Source: Cladosporium halotolerans
Taxonomy: Eukaryota
DNA: 64,000 nucleotides
Direction: 5' to 3'
NCBI RefSeq assembly: GCF_011745625.1
Contig: NW_027191467.1
Span: 62,001 to 126,000, forward strand
Part shown: positions 45,967-57,497 of the stretch, one piece after another
Layout: each line of letters opens with the position of its first letter
Position numbering within the stretch: position 1 is the first letter of the stretch
Made by a program: the position numbers and the translations under genes
Notes under the pieces: model-generated
Told to the model about the DNA's origin: nothing
Database searches by the model: none
Seen by the model: only the letters and a program-made list of their open reading frames with translations

Positions 45967-47043
45967 ATTTGGAGGTGTTGTTCTGGGTGCAAAAAGTTCG
46001 TATTATGGTGTTTCCAAAGTTTGTTATGTCGTATCAACAAAAGATCGCGCCTGTGCAAGTGTCGCGTTTCGTCTCGTCGTAGATTTCAATACAATTGGTC
46101 CGTTTCGGCGCAGATAAACTGAGGCTGTCACCACAGTTCACGTGCTATTCGTGCCGTCTCGCTCGCGGCGTGAGCGTCGGGTTCGTCGGCAAAACAAGTC
46201 GTCTCGTCGCGGAAGCGGTGGTATGTGCTGGCTGTACAATGCGAATAATACAGCGCTACCGTGCAAAATAATGCGGAAATGCCCAATCGCGCACAAGAAG
46301 GCTCTCGCAGCTAGCCGGCGGCGGTGGGAATCTCGAGTGCGTGGCTTGCAGATGGTCGCATCTGCTCTGCGCTGGCGGTCTGCGTGTGGGTCGTGGCTGG
46401 GATGGTTGCTAGCTCGATGCCCGTCTGGGGGCTTTGGGCTTTGGCCGCCGGGTCAGGGTTGCTTGGGCCTTGCTTGATCCTTGTCCGCCTTCTTCCCGAG
46501 CGATGGCCCGTCCACCCGACCGCTAGCTTGCCAACTTTTGCCGCACGTGTGGCAGATTGATCGTTGGTCGTACCTTGGTACGGGAATCCTACTGCAATCT
46601 GATCTTTGCGAATGCAATATCACGTGATGGGAATCAATGTGGATAGCTTAGGTACATACCCGCATGCCGTGCGAGGCAGTGGTGTGATCATGCATTTGCG
46701 CCTTCACTACTCTGCAGAGAGTACATGCATGCTCACGTCAGAAGTCGTGTAGCCTACCACCATTCCCTCTGATCGGAGATGAAATCGCGGCACAGAATCT
46801 GTGATTCAATTGGTAACTATACTACAGTATCGCGGCGCCAACTTGGTATCGAAGCCGCATCATTTTTGCCCAGAAGCATTACCCTACCACGGTGGTTTTC
46901 ACCGCGGCCCGACAATTTGCGCTCCCCTGCGCATGCCTGTCGCCCAAAACGCCTTGCTGTCGAATGCATGACTGCCTAACGCACAGTCGTCCTTCAAATT
47001 GTAGCCTTGTTCATATACCTCCCCGAACCATCGATTGTTGCGA

Positions 47044-48079
47044 TTAGAGGACCGGGGCACCCATTTGGCTTCTGAGCGCAAGAATCTGGTTCCTCGAATT
47101 CTCATCCAGTGCCATGATTTGTTCCTTCGTAAGAGCCATAAGGGTCTGCATGAGTTGTCCATGATCCTGCCCGCCAGCAGAGGGCGCAGGAGCCTGCGGT
47201 GGCGGTGGTTGGAAGGCTTGCGCCTGAGGCGGCGTGGGCGCATATCCGGTGGGCGGCGCACCGTAGCCGGGAGGAGGCGCGCCAAACGGAGGCTGAGGAG
47301 GGAAGCCTGGCGGTGCCTGACCGTAAGTCATAGGCGGCGGTTGCGAGGGCGGCGCTGCAGGAGGTGCTTGTGCGGTCTGTTGGATAAGGCTGGCCAGTAC
47401 GTCGGTTGACACGAGGCGCATGAGCAATAGAGCCTGGAAAATAGCGTAGCCCAGCTGAGGTGCTTGCTGAAGGAGTGCCGTTGCCCGAGCAGGTTCTTGT
47501 TGTGTGAGGGTCTTCATCTGACTGAGGATATCCAAGAGCTGCGCGGAGTCGATCTGCGACAGTGTTTGCGAAATCGCATCTGGCGCGGTCAGGCCAGGAG
47601 GCAGCTGGACTCCCTGCGGTAGAGGCGGCAAAGCATCCGGAGCCGCGCCGTTTGCCTGACCGCCCATGTTCATGTTGAAGTGTGCTGGAGGAGGTGCTCT
47701 CCCTGCTCCATCAAAGTCGCCTCCACCACCTCCACCGCTACGGTTGCCCTTGTCGTTGTCATTACTATAGTCCACACGCAAGGTTCTCCCGTTCAGTTCG
47801 AACTCGTTCAAATTTCTGACCGCGGCTGCGGCAGCATCCACATCGGTGTACTCCAGAAAACCAAAGCCTTTGGGTCTGCCGGTCTCCTTGTCATATACCA
47901 AACGGAAGTTGACGACCTGACCGGCGCGGCCAAAGATTTCGCAGATCTGTTCCTCGCTGACGCCTGAAGAACAATGTCAGTTTTGATTGCGCGTGGCCGA
48001 CACCGATCCGAGCGTACTGACCGTATGGGATGTTGCCGATGAAGACAACCCTTCCGCCCTTTTCCCTGTTCTGTGCCAT
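47044..48079 (-). CDS. RNA15: Cleavage stimulation factor 64-kDa subunit / Rna15 (1 intron)
   Basis: RRM (RVVFIGNIPY|GVSEEQI...FRLVYDKETGRPKGFGFLEY), hinge (QLLDILSQMK...PQLGYAIFQALLLM) and C-terminal LTKEQIMALDENSRNQILALR. Confidence 0.93.
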
Positions 48080-48569
48080 CACACCCGATTCGTCGTTTCT
48101 TTGTCAAGTCTGTCAAGTATTGGCTGCCAATGCGCCGTGCCCGTGTTGCCTGTTTGCTTGAACGAGCTGCCAGGCCAGGGAAGCTAAGTCGCTTGCAGTA
48201 CAGTTGGATCGGTCCAGTCTTAATGCTCCTCAGGTGGTTCGGATATTCAAGTCGTTCTCTCAGGTGCAAGCAAATCCTTTGGCGAAAAATACGTATGACG
48301 GTTGCAAAGGTGAATGTGTAGGGTGGAGGTGCTCTCATGCGAGCGGAACAAAGCTCGTCGCGAACGGGACCTCCCGCGTGCCTGCGACAAGCTCGCGCGC
48401 GGACCTGACCTCACTCACTCCCGCGTCGCATGTGATGATCAGCAAATATCACGTTCACCCGATAACACGCTCCACGGCCACAGCTCCTGGCCAATACTGA
48501 TCCACGGAGCTCACTGGACAACCATGCGCGAACGATAGCTCCCACGCCAGCAATTGAGACGCCCCCACC

Positions 48570-51494
48570 ATGTTTACCTTCACCCCTCTGCTCGGCGCGC
48601 AGTCTGCCTCGCCGGCTTCCTCCTCGCTACTGGAGCTTGATGGCGGCGTCAAAATCCTCATAGACGTCGGCTGGGACTCTTCATTCGCAGCTTCGAAGCT
48701 CGAACACATCACACAGCATGTGTCGACTTTATCCGTCATCCTCCTCACACATCCGACGCTCGATCATTTGGGCGCATACGCGCATTGTTGCAAGAATGTA
48801 CCGCAATTCAGCAGAATTCCAGTTTACGCGACCATCCCGGTGATCAACTTAGGAAGAGCGTTACTGGAGGATCTATACGCGAGTTCAAAGGTTGCAGCAA
48901 GCGTGGTGCCAGCGTCGGCGTTGGGCACGGGCAGTGTCGCTGGAGAGGGCGACAATGAGGGAAGCAACATCCTGTTGCAAGCACCGACTGTGGAAGAGAT
49001 TGCAGGATACTTCAATGCGATCAACCCGCTCAAGTATAGCCAGCCGCATCAGCCCATTCCGTCCCCGTTTTCGCCGCCACTAGGAGGTTTGACGGTCACG
49101 GCATACTCAGCTGGACACACGCTCGGAGGAACAATCTGGCACATCCAACATGGGCTGGAGAGTATCGTATACGCGGCGGATTGGAACCAGACGAGGGAGA
49201 ACCTATCACCTGGGGCTGCATGGCTTTCTTCAAGTACCGGCGGTGCTGAGATCATTGAGCCTCTGCGCCAGCCGACAGCTCTCATTTGCAGTTCAAGAGG
49301 CATCGAAAAGGCCAACCCCTTACCCAGGAAGAAACGTGACGACACGCTGGTCACCTTGATCAGAGATACCATTTCTCAGGGCGGCAAAGTGCTGATCCCA
49401 GCAGACACATCCGCGCGCATCCTTGAAATTGCATTCATCCTCAACCAAGTCTGGCGAGAAAACATGGACGGTCCGCACGCGGCGACTTACAAGAACGCCC
49501 GAATCTACATGGCCAGCAAATCTACCAAAGCCACCATGCGGTATCTGCAGAGCATGCTGGAATGGATGGACGAGAGTGTGATGCGCGACGCCGAAGCTGC
49601 TATGACCGGCAAAGGCAAAGACGCAACCGTCCACCCACTTGACTGGACTCACATCAAGCAAATCGAGAAACAGTCACATCTGGAGAAGGCCCTTCGAAGG
49701 AAGAGTCCCTCTGTCATCTTGGCCAGCGACTCGAGCCTGGAATGGGGTTATTCACGACAAGCATTGCAGGCGCTGGCGGGCGACTCGCGTAATCTGGTGA
49801 TCATGACTGATAAGGTGACGCCCGAAGAGCAAGGTCCTTCTGGTTTAGGGTCTCAGCTGTGGAATCATTGGCAGGACGGTACGGCGCAAAGCTCGAGCCA
49901 CTCAGGTGCGAAGGTCGTTGATAGCAGCGGCGCTTCAATTCAGCTCCGCCAGCCGGATACTCAACCCCTTGAAGGCGATGAGCTTCTGGTCTACAACCAG
50001 TACCTCGCTCGACAGCGCCAACTGCACTCTACGCAACAAGGCGACAACACTATGCCCGGTGACACAGCAGGCGCAGATTTGATCGACGATCAAGCTTCGG
50101 TATCCTCTGAATCATCCGACGAGGATGAAGACGCTGAACACCAGGGTAAAGCCCTTAACCTGTCCAACCAAATGACCCAATCGCACAAGCGAAAAGTCGG
50201 CATTTCAAACGAGGACCTCGGAATTAACGTCCTTATCAAAGGTAAAGGCGTTTACGATTATGACGTCCGGAACAAGCGTGGTCGCGAGAAAGTGTTCCCT
50301 TTCATGGCGCCGAAACACCGCAGCGACGAGTTTGGCGATCTGATCAAGCCGGAAGACTATCTTCGAGCTGAAGAGAAGGACGACATGGACGGCGCGGATG
50401 CGAAAGATGACACGGCCCAGGATAATGCATTGGGTCAGAAACGCAAGTGGGGCGATGTGGCGCCCGCGCCCAAGGGAAGGCGAGACTCGAAGCCGCAGAA
50501 TAAGCGCTCGAAGGTGGAAAAGAAACACGAGCCTGATGACATCGATGCGGCCATTGCAAGAGCTACCGGCGAGAACGTCAAAGAGAATGGTGACGGCGAT
50601 GATGATGACGAGAGCGATAGCAATGAGGAGAGTGATTACGAGCCAGAGGACGCCAGTTCGGAAGGCCCACAGAAGGTCGTGTACTCTGACTTGAGCCTCG
50701 AGCTTCACTTGAAGATTGCTTACGTTGACTTTTCTGGCCTTTTTGAGAAGAGAGATTTACAGATGTTGATCCCACTCATCAGGCCCAGGAAATTGATTTT
50801 GATTTCTGGCGACCAGGGCGAAACGGCTTCCCTCGCTGGAGAATGCCGCGAGCTGCTGTCGGGAGTGAGCGCTGCCGAAGTGTTCTCGCCCCTCATTGGT
50901 GAACTCGTCGATGCCAGCGTCGACACGAACGCTTGGTCACTGAAGCTGAGCAGCAGACTGGTCAAGAAGCTAGTCTGGCAAAACGTGAAGGGCCTCGGCA
51001 TCGTCGCTCTCACAGGTCAATTAGGCGCTGAACCAGCACCATCCGCAGATGACAAAAAAGAGGCCGAAGACGATTCCGCGCGGAAGAAGTTGAAACTCAT
51101 CAAGCCCGAGACCGAGGTCAAACCCGCCGCAGACGGCGAAGCAGCAGCAGCGATTCCGGTTCTGGACCTCCTTCCACAGCCCACTATCACCTCCCTTTCC
51201 ACGCCTGCACAGCACAGCACGACGCATCCCATTCATGTCGGCGATTTGCGCATCGCAGATCTCCGTGCTCTGCTTCGCAGCTTAGGACACCAGGCCGAGT
51301 TTCGCGGTGAGGGTACGCTACTCGTCGATGGCAGCGTGGTAGTGCGAAAAGGCGCCAGCGGCAAAATCGAGGTCGAGTCGGCTGCAGGCGGCCTTGCCGT
51401 GCCACAGTATAGAACAGCAGGTAGAGAGGGCACGTTTTGGGCGGTCAGGAAGGCAGTGTATCAGGGTTTGGCCGTGGTGGCTGGGTCACGTTGA
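48570..51494 (+). CDS. CFT2: Cleavage and polyadenylation specificity factor subunit 2 (CPSF100)
   Basis: 974-aa metallo-beta-lactamase/beta-CASP protein: MFTFTPLLGAQS, KILIDVGWD, degenerate THPTLDHLGAY, AGHTLGGTIW, DEFGDLIKPEDY, C-terminal HVGDLRIADLR...AEFRGEGTL. Confidence 0.95.
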   Translation: MFTFTPLLGAQSASPASSSLLELDGGVKILIDVGWDSSFAASKLEHITQHVSTLSVILLTHPTLDHLGAYAHCCKNVPQFSRIPVYATIPVINLGRALLEDLYASSKVAASVVPASALGTGSVAGEGDNEGSNILLQAPTVEEIAGYFNAINPLKYSQPHQPIPSPFSPPLGGLTVTAYSAGHTLGGTIWHIQHGLESIVYAADWNQTRENLSPGAAWLSSSTGGAEIIEPLRQPTALICSSRGIEKANPLPRKKRDDTLVTLIRDTISQGGKVLIPADTSARILEIAFILNQVWRENMDGPHAATYKNARIYMASKSTKATMRYLQSMLEWMDESVMRDAEAAMTGKGKDATVHPLDWTHIKQIEKQSHLEKALRRKSPSVILASDSSLEWGYSRQALQALAGDSRNLVIMTDKVTPEEQGPSGLGSQLWNHWQDGTAQSSSHSGAKVVDSSGASIQLRQPDTQPLEGDELLVYNQYLARQRQLHSTQQGDNTMPGDTAGADLIDDQASVSSESSDEDEDAEHQGKALNLSNQMTQSHKRKVGISNEDLGINVLIKGKGVYDYDVRNKRGREKVFPFMAPKHRSDEFGDLIKPEDYLRAEEKDDMDGADAKDDTAQDNALGQKRKWGDVAPAPKGRRDSKPQNKRSKVEKKHEPDDIDAAIARATGENVKENGDGDDDDESDSNEESDYEPEDASSEGPQKVVYSDLSLELHLKIAYVDFSGLFEKRDLQMLIPLIRPRKLILISGDQGETASLAGECRELLSGVSAAEVFSPLIGELVDASVDTNAWSLKLSSRLVKKLVWQNVKGLGIVALTGQLGAEPAPSADDKKEAEDDSARKKLKLIKPETEVKPAADGEAAAAIPVLDLLPQPTITSLSTPAQHSTTHPIHVGDLRIADLRALLRSLGHQAEFRGEGTLLVDGSVVVRKGASGKIEVESAAGGLAVPQYRTAGREGTFWAVRKAVYQGLAVVAGSR

Positions 51495-52049
51495 GTATAC
51501 CCCGTGTAATAACCTATTGTACGAGAATTGGAAAACTTGGAAAACTTTCGAAACGGCATATGCTGCCTGCAAATCACAGGTCATGCGTTCTATTGTACTC
51601 TCACTCGACTTACATGTGTTGGCTGTGATCGCCTCGGGTTGCTTGCTTCGAAATTGTGACTGCCAAAGACAGCCTGACAGATCCATGGCACAAGCCTGGC
51701 GACTTGAAAGGTGCTTGTGTATCAGCATTCACCAGGAGACAAAAGTGTGCTTCTGCCAGCGCCCTGCCAGCGCACTGTCGAATCATCCGGGTCACCAGGT
51801 ACTGCCAACCTCGGGCCTTCTGGAACCACGCCGCATTGACTGGGCTTGTTTGCTGTCAACCAAGACACGCATATAATAACCCCATCCTTTGCTACCACCT
51901 CCTTCCTTTGGCCAACATCTTACTCCTCAACAAACGAAGAGCAGCGTGTCAAACACCCCTGCGGCAACACTGCTAGCAATTGCCATCCACCCACACCCAA
52001 CCTTCTCAAGACCAAGACACATCGCCCTCCTAACCCACTCAACCCCTTC

Positions 52050-52850
52050 ATGGACCCCGTCCCCTACACCTGGCGCGCAGGCACGGGCTACACCCCCGCT
52101 CCCAACCCCAACCCCAATCCGAACCCGGAGATCCAAATCCAACTCCAACCCCCGACCATAATCCCCATGACCTGCTACAACCACTCCTACTACTTCTGCA
52201 CGCCGGCCCAAGTCGCCCTCGCAGCGCCTGCAGCGCCCGCAGCGCCCGCCTCAACTACTTCAAAGAAGTCTTCCACATCCTCGAAGAAATCCGAAGCGCC
52301 CAAACCACAGCCTCCGCCCGCCCCTGCCTCCGAGAGCCACAAGAGCGGCAACGCGCCGCCGAAGCTGCGCTTGGGATCCAACTACATGTTCCCGCCGGAG
52401 CACACGAAGCTGCACATTTTCAACAAGAGCTCGAAGGTCTGGGAGGAGAAGTATAAGGGGAAGTCTTTGTAAGTTGTCACCCCCTCTAGTTACCAATCGT
52501 GCGATGCTAACGGTTGATTGTTTAGCGATTTCAAGCAATTCACCGTCGCCACGACCTTCACGCCGAGCATGGTGATCGAGAACGTGCTGGGCAAGACGGG
52601 CGACGACGCGAAGGGCTGGGCGATTACGGAGGTTGTGGAGATTGGGGATGGGGAGTGGAAGAAGGTATGGATTTTTTTTTTCCCTTTCGTTCGAGATTGT
52701 AAGAGAACTCTGCTGATGATTTTACTTTGACAGGGCACGACGATCGAGTACGGCGGCGACAAGTCCGGCGGCTCGCTCGCCAGCATGGGCTGGTCGGGCA
52801 AGAGAGGCAACAGCCTTCCGCCGGTTTGGGCTGTTGTGCACCGGGTGTGA
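52050..52850 (+). CDS. Hypothetical protein (3 exons): low-complexity N-terminus and compact C-terminal domain
   Basis: Exons join through canonical introns: ...NYMFPPEHTKLHIFNKSSKVWEEKYK...DFKQFTVATTFT...ITEVVEIGDGEWKK-GTTIEYG...MGWSGKRGNSLPPVWAVVHRV*. Confidence 0.7.
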
Positions 52851-53320
52851 GACGATGCTCGGATGAGCTGATGTCTACTGAGGCTGGGTGTTTGATTCTG
52901 GGTGTACGATATGACTTGGGTTTCGGGGAATTTGATGAAGGCCTTTCTGACTATGTGGGATCTCGAGATAAGCGACATGACTCTTTCTCGAGCGGCGGTG
53001 CAGACGACTACTGAGGCGACAGATGATTTTCTATTCCAGGGATGATGATGGACTGTAGTTGTTGATTGGAGACTAACCTATTTGCTATGTAAATTCTGTT
53101 CTACCATGCCCATCCAACTCTATGCTACATCCCAAGATCCAGCCAAACGAGATAGGAGAGAGAAGACCCGCGACATCTGTACAGCTTCCCATGAACCGGA
53201 AGCTCCCAACCGAGTGGAAATTCTAAAGAAACCAAAAGCCGCAACCCAAATCGAAAAGCCAAAAATCCCCAAAGAACGCCATCGCTTATGCCACGAAACA
53301 CCGTTCCCCCCAACAATCAA

Positions 53321-55906
53321 TCACTGTTCATAAATCGTCAGCCCCTCCTCCTCATCCCCGTCCTCAAGATCCATTCCCTCAGACCCATCACTCTCAACAC
53401 TCTCCCCATCACTTCCCATACTCTCGTCCTCTCCACCCCCAACCCCCTCCCACTCCTCCCCTCCAACCTCCGTGCCCAACTCCGTATCCCCATCGCCCCA
53501 CCCCACCAGCTCCGCCAGCCCCACAAACTGCGAATTGCTATGCGGCGTCGCGTACGCGAACGGCGTCGTGCCCCTCGGCACCACGCGGGAACCCTGGCTG
53601 CGCGCGTCGGCATCCGAGAGCGGCTCGCGCGAGAGGCGGGGCGTGAAACCGGCGCCGCGGCGCTCGGCTTCGGGGGAGGTGGAGAGGCGGGGGCGTTTGG
53701 TCATCGCTTTCGTTGGGACAGGAGCCGTGGCGGAAGAGGTGGGAGCGGGGGTGTGCTCGAAAGAGGCGGCGCGGCGCTTGAGGGCGCTTTCGGAGCTGGC
53801 GAGGGAGGCGGTTCGGGGGCGGAGAGGGCGGGCTGTGGAGAGGGGGGACATAGGGTGGGGTGGGAGGTCGGCGGGGTGTGGCTGGGATTTCTGGGAGGAG
53901 CCGAAGGAGGAGTGCAGGCTGGGCGCGTGGTCGAGCTTGTCGCTGTAGGACCAGCAGGCTTCGATTGCTTTGCCTTTGGAGAAGATGTGGTTTTGGACGT
54001 TGCCGCGGGCGTTGCGTTGCGGGAGCTCGCGGAGGGTTTTCCAGGTCCATTCGCCTCCGCTTGTTTGGAGGTAGGCGTGGGGCGTGGTGATGTATAGACG
54101 GCGTTGCCCGTCGTTCGTTTTCATGAGCGCACTTGATTCGAGGAAGTCGGCTGTCCATGCTGCTGAGGTTACCATTTCCGCTTGGCTTAGGAAACGAAGT
54201 CGCGAGGACTTGCGGACTTTCCGAAGTGGTAAGAATTGCTCCCTCAGCCCTTGGTACTGGTCGAGAAGCTCTGACTCGACATCGGCGTTCGAAGGCAGCA
54301 CTTTGCGAAAGGCGTTGTTGATCGTGTCCAGGATATGCTTAGAAGTGGAACCGGTAAAGGTGAGATCGCGGACAAGACCCCGGCTGGCAAGACGCTGGAA
54401 CACAGTGCCGGTAGGACCGCAAGCTTTCGGTGAAAGCCAGTCGTAAGCATCTTCAGCCCAGGCTTCAATAGAGTCGGTTGTCCAGGCAGTGGATGCTGAG
54501 GAGTGGAAGGAGATCTTCGGCACACTCTGTGGTGCAGACCACTCCTCTGTATCTTGCCTTGTAGATCGCTGTGAGTGCTGGCTGGCATCGCTGGAAGTAA
54601 ACCAAATGCCTCGAAGCGCACTTCCCCATGGAAGTAGCACTACCTGTACCTCCCACGGACGCGTAAATGAGGGCATCGCAGCGCTCTCCAGATCGAACAT
54701 TCGCGACTCGAGGGCCTCAAACCGAGGTTCAAGCTCGAGATTTGTTGCAACGGTAGCCAATACAGCCGCCTCGGTGTGCAGAGCGGCCGCGCTATCGAAA
54801 GAGCCGTCTGATGCGAATGACGAAGTCTCGTTAGGCAGGAGCCTGCGGCGCTTGCTACCAGTGGCCTCGGGTGAGTTCCGGTTTCGCTCAGCTTCTTCGC
54901 GCTCACGCTCTCGCTCTTGGTCACGCTCGTTGCGCCATTGCTCCAGATCCAGAAGCCGCACATCGTGTTGCTCGAATTTGTCCTGGACTTCTTCGACCGG
55001 CACATGAGAGAACGACATGCTTTCCAGGACATCCAGTCGTCGTCCATAGCTTTGCAGAATGTTCTCCATATCGCGTGACAGTACGGGGTCCGTGATGCCG
55101 TGGCTCACACTTGGAAGATGCTGAGGCGGCGTTGGAGACTGTGCTCGGCCGACAGGATGTGTTGTAGAGAGTGGTCCAGGCGGGAAGCGAGGCGGTATCC
55201 CCGGTCCAAAGGCATTCAGGTCAGGCGTTCCGGCGATGCTCCTCACGGATGGGGTGGCCTCCTCAGTAGCACTTCCAAGATATCCATCGTAGCCGGCCCG
55301 TGCAAGCGACATGGATGGTATAGTGACTGGAGGTCCCATAGGTCTCCCGGGCTTGATATCACCATCGACACTGGGAACGGCCGTCGACGGCAGCTTAGAT
55401 GTCGTGACCGAGCCTGCGCCATCATCCTGGTTTCGCGCGAATCCATTCAAAGCCTCCCACACGCGCGTATTGATCGACCGCGATTGAGTCGCTCCGTCTG
55501 GCTGTATTCCCAGTCCAGCAGAAGGCTTGGGCGACGCTCCAGCGCCAGCCTGGTGCACCCTATAGTATCCCTCCGGTGTCGCGCGACTCGGCACGTGATG
55601 AGCTGCTTCATCCTGTATAGCGCTCACAGCAGGCTGGATTGGCGCCAGACGCTGAGGAGTCCCAAAGCTGTGATAGCAAGCATGGTGTCCACAGAAACAG
55701 AACTCCTTGGGCTCTTGACCTCCAAACCCACTCCGATTCAACCAGAAACGCTCGCAGCCGCACACAGGCGTCGAACCGCCGCAGCTCAAGTCCCGGAAAT
55801 TGCACGCTCCTTGAGGGAGTTGACTTGTATAGTCTTCTCTACTGGTATTCTGATATCCTGACCCTCCTACTCCGCCTGAAGCGAACGCACGGTAGGAAGC
55901 CGCCAT
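53321..55906 (-). CDS. Hypothetical protein (861 aa) with N-terminal Cys/His cluster and central coiled coil
   Basis: Long intronless ORF with C-x..CGCERFW..CFCGHHACYH, heptad segments (RRLDVLE, RLLDLEQWR), a globular block WEVQVVLLPWG...FLPLRKVRKSSRLRFL, and an acidic tail. Confidence 0.8.
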   Translation of the reverse strand: MAASYRAFASGGVGGSGYQNTSREDYTSQLPQGACNFRDLSCGGSTPVCGCERFWLNRSGFGGQEPKEFCFCGHHACYHSFGTPQRLAPIQPAVSAIQDEAAHHVPSRATPEGYYRVHQAGAGASPKPSAGLGIQPDGATQSRSINTRVWEALNGFARNQDDGAGSVTTSKLPSTAVPSVDGDIKPGRPMGPPVTIPSMSLARAGYDGYLGSATEEATPSVRSIAGTPDLNAFGPGIPPRFPPGPLSTTHPVGRAQSPTPPQHLPSVSHGITDPVLSRDMENILQSYGRRLDVLESMSFSHVPVEEVQDKFEQHDVRLLDLEQWRNERDQEREREREEAERNRNSPEATGSKRRRLLPNETSSFASDGSFDSAAALHTEAAVLATVATNLELEPRFEALESRMFDLESAAMPSFTRPWEVQVVLLPWGSALRGIWFTSSDASQHSQRSTRQDTEEWSAPQSVPKISFHSSASTAWTTDSIEAWAEDAYDWLSPKACGPTGTVFQRLASRGLVRDLTFTGSTSKHILDTINNAFRKVLPSNADVESELLDQYQGLREQFLPLRKVRKSSRLRFLSQAEMVTSAAWTADFLESSALMKTNDGQRRLYITTPHAYLQTSGGEWTWKTLRELPQRNARGNVQNHIFSKGKAIEACWSYSDKLDHAPSLHSSFGSSQKSQPHPADLPPHPMSPLSTARPLRPRTASLASSESALKRRAASFEHTPAPTSSATAPVPTKAMTKRPRLSTSPEAERRGAGFTPRLSREPLSDADARSQGSRVVPRGTTPFAYATPHSNSQFVGLAELVGWGDGDTELGTEVGGEEWEGVGGGEDESMGSDGESVESDGSEGMDLEDGDEEEGLTIYEQ

Positions 55907-56655
55907 CGGCGGCGACAGCTAATGCCACCAATGGCCGCGGTCTTCAGCATGTCATTCTATCACAGCAAAAGGTATGGATCGTGGGCGCAGTTGGTTCGGG
56001 TGGTGCTATCGGTGGGCGAGTATGTAGGAAGCGACGCGGTCGACTACAGGACGTTCGGGCGCGGGACAGGACGGGCAGGCAGGAAAGTTGTCAATGGGCA
56101 CGCGAGGGCATGGGAGGATGTCGGGAGAAAGGCAGAGGAGGAGTGGGCCAGTCATCTGCGACTACTGCGCCTGCGCCCCACGCATGTCGTCTAGCGCCGA
56201 CGCAGGCGTGCAGGGATGGTTGCCTTCGATACCGATACCAAGTCTGCCTCAGTCCCACTTCTGCCCAGCGCCAGCGCCGGGGAAGCGCAGAGAGGCTGCC
56301 GCGCCGGCCGTGCAACCAGCAGGCGGCAGCGGCGCGGCCTTTTCACGACGCTTGATACAGCAACGCCTGCGCAAGCCTGGCGCGTGTGTGACCGAGAGGC
56401 CCGCATTAGGACGAAGGCAAACGCTTTTCGGAGGCAGATCTCGCCAACGCCAGCAACGTCACCCTCGACACGCACGCACGCACACCACTTGATCTTCCGA
56501 GTCTTTGTGTCAAGCGAGCGAACGCTCCGCGTTTGTCACGCGTCGGCAGATTGCAGCGCATGCAGATCGGCTACATATCTCGAGGCTCGAGCACAAGACT
56601 ACATTTGTAGGTTGCCGGGGTGCGTCGCACGCCATCACAGACACCCGCCATCGTC

Positions 56656-57447
56656 ATGGACTACGAAACGCCGGATGGCTCGCAATTCTCCCTGCGAGAG
56701 GTCTACGCAGACGATGCCAAGGGAAGGTCCGTGTTCCAATACACCTCCATCACCGCGTTCGTCGACGGCAAGCCATATGCAGGCAAGAGCGAGCAACGCG
56801 TCGAAGACGTGGACGACGCAGACATTCTAGGCCTCCTTCGCCCTGTGCCAGCAGAGAACATTCATCCTCCGTTCTCAGCAAACTTTACGCAAGCGCCGTC
56901 GCTCGATCACGCGGCACACTACCTGAAGGCACCTTCGTTCATGTACGAAGATAGCGAGCCCGGGCGCACGTTCGTCGCCGATTGTCTCCTGAACGAGGCC
57001 ACGGTCCTCGAGAGATTGCGCAAGCACCCTCACCCCAACATTGTCGGCTACCATGGCTGCGTTGTGAAAGACGGCCGCATCACCCAGCTGTGCCTCCAGC
57101 GGTACAAGTGCAGTCTCGAAGACTACGTGACGCAAGGTCTGTCGCGCCAGCAGCGTGAGGATCTCTTTGAGGATGTCATTTCTGCCGTCAAGCATTTACA
57201 CAGCCTGGGTTTGGCGCATAATGATATCTGTCCGCAGAACGTATGCATCGATTCTGATGGGCGTCCTGCGATCGTGGATTTCGATTCATGCATACCGTTT
57301 GGGGAGAAGCTGCTGAAAGGCGTAGCTGCTGACCGTGGTGGCGGGGAACTGTTGTCCGATCGAGAGAACGATTTCGACGGCTTAGACGATCTGAAATATT
57401 TCCTGGATGAATTTGACGACGAGGGAAACACCGAACGAGGTCCTTGA
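56656..57447 (+). CDS. Short divergent protein kinase-like protein (263 aa)
   Basis: YLKAP (VAIK-like), NEATVLE, HPHPNIVGYHG, HLHSLGLAHNDICPQN and IVDFDS. The C-lobe is very short. Confidence 0.8.
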   Translation: MDYETPDGSQFSLREVYADDAKGRSVFQYTSITAFVDGKPYAGKSEQRVEDVDDADILGLLRPVPAENIHPPFSANFTQAPSLDHAAHYLKAPSFMYEDSEPGRTFVADCLLNEATVLERLRKHPHPNIVGYHGCVVKDGRITQLCLQRYKCSLEDYVTQGLSRQQREDLFEDVISAVKHLHSLGLAHNDICPQNVCIDSDGRPAIVDFDSCIPFGEKLLKGVAADRGGGELLSDRENDFDGLDDLKYFLDEFDDEGNTERGP

Positions 57448-57497
57448 GGTAAGCTGGAATGCTCCACTAGAAATCAATATCACAACTTATTGCGTGG

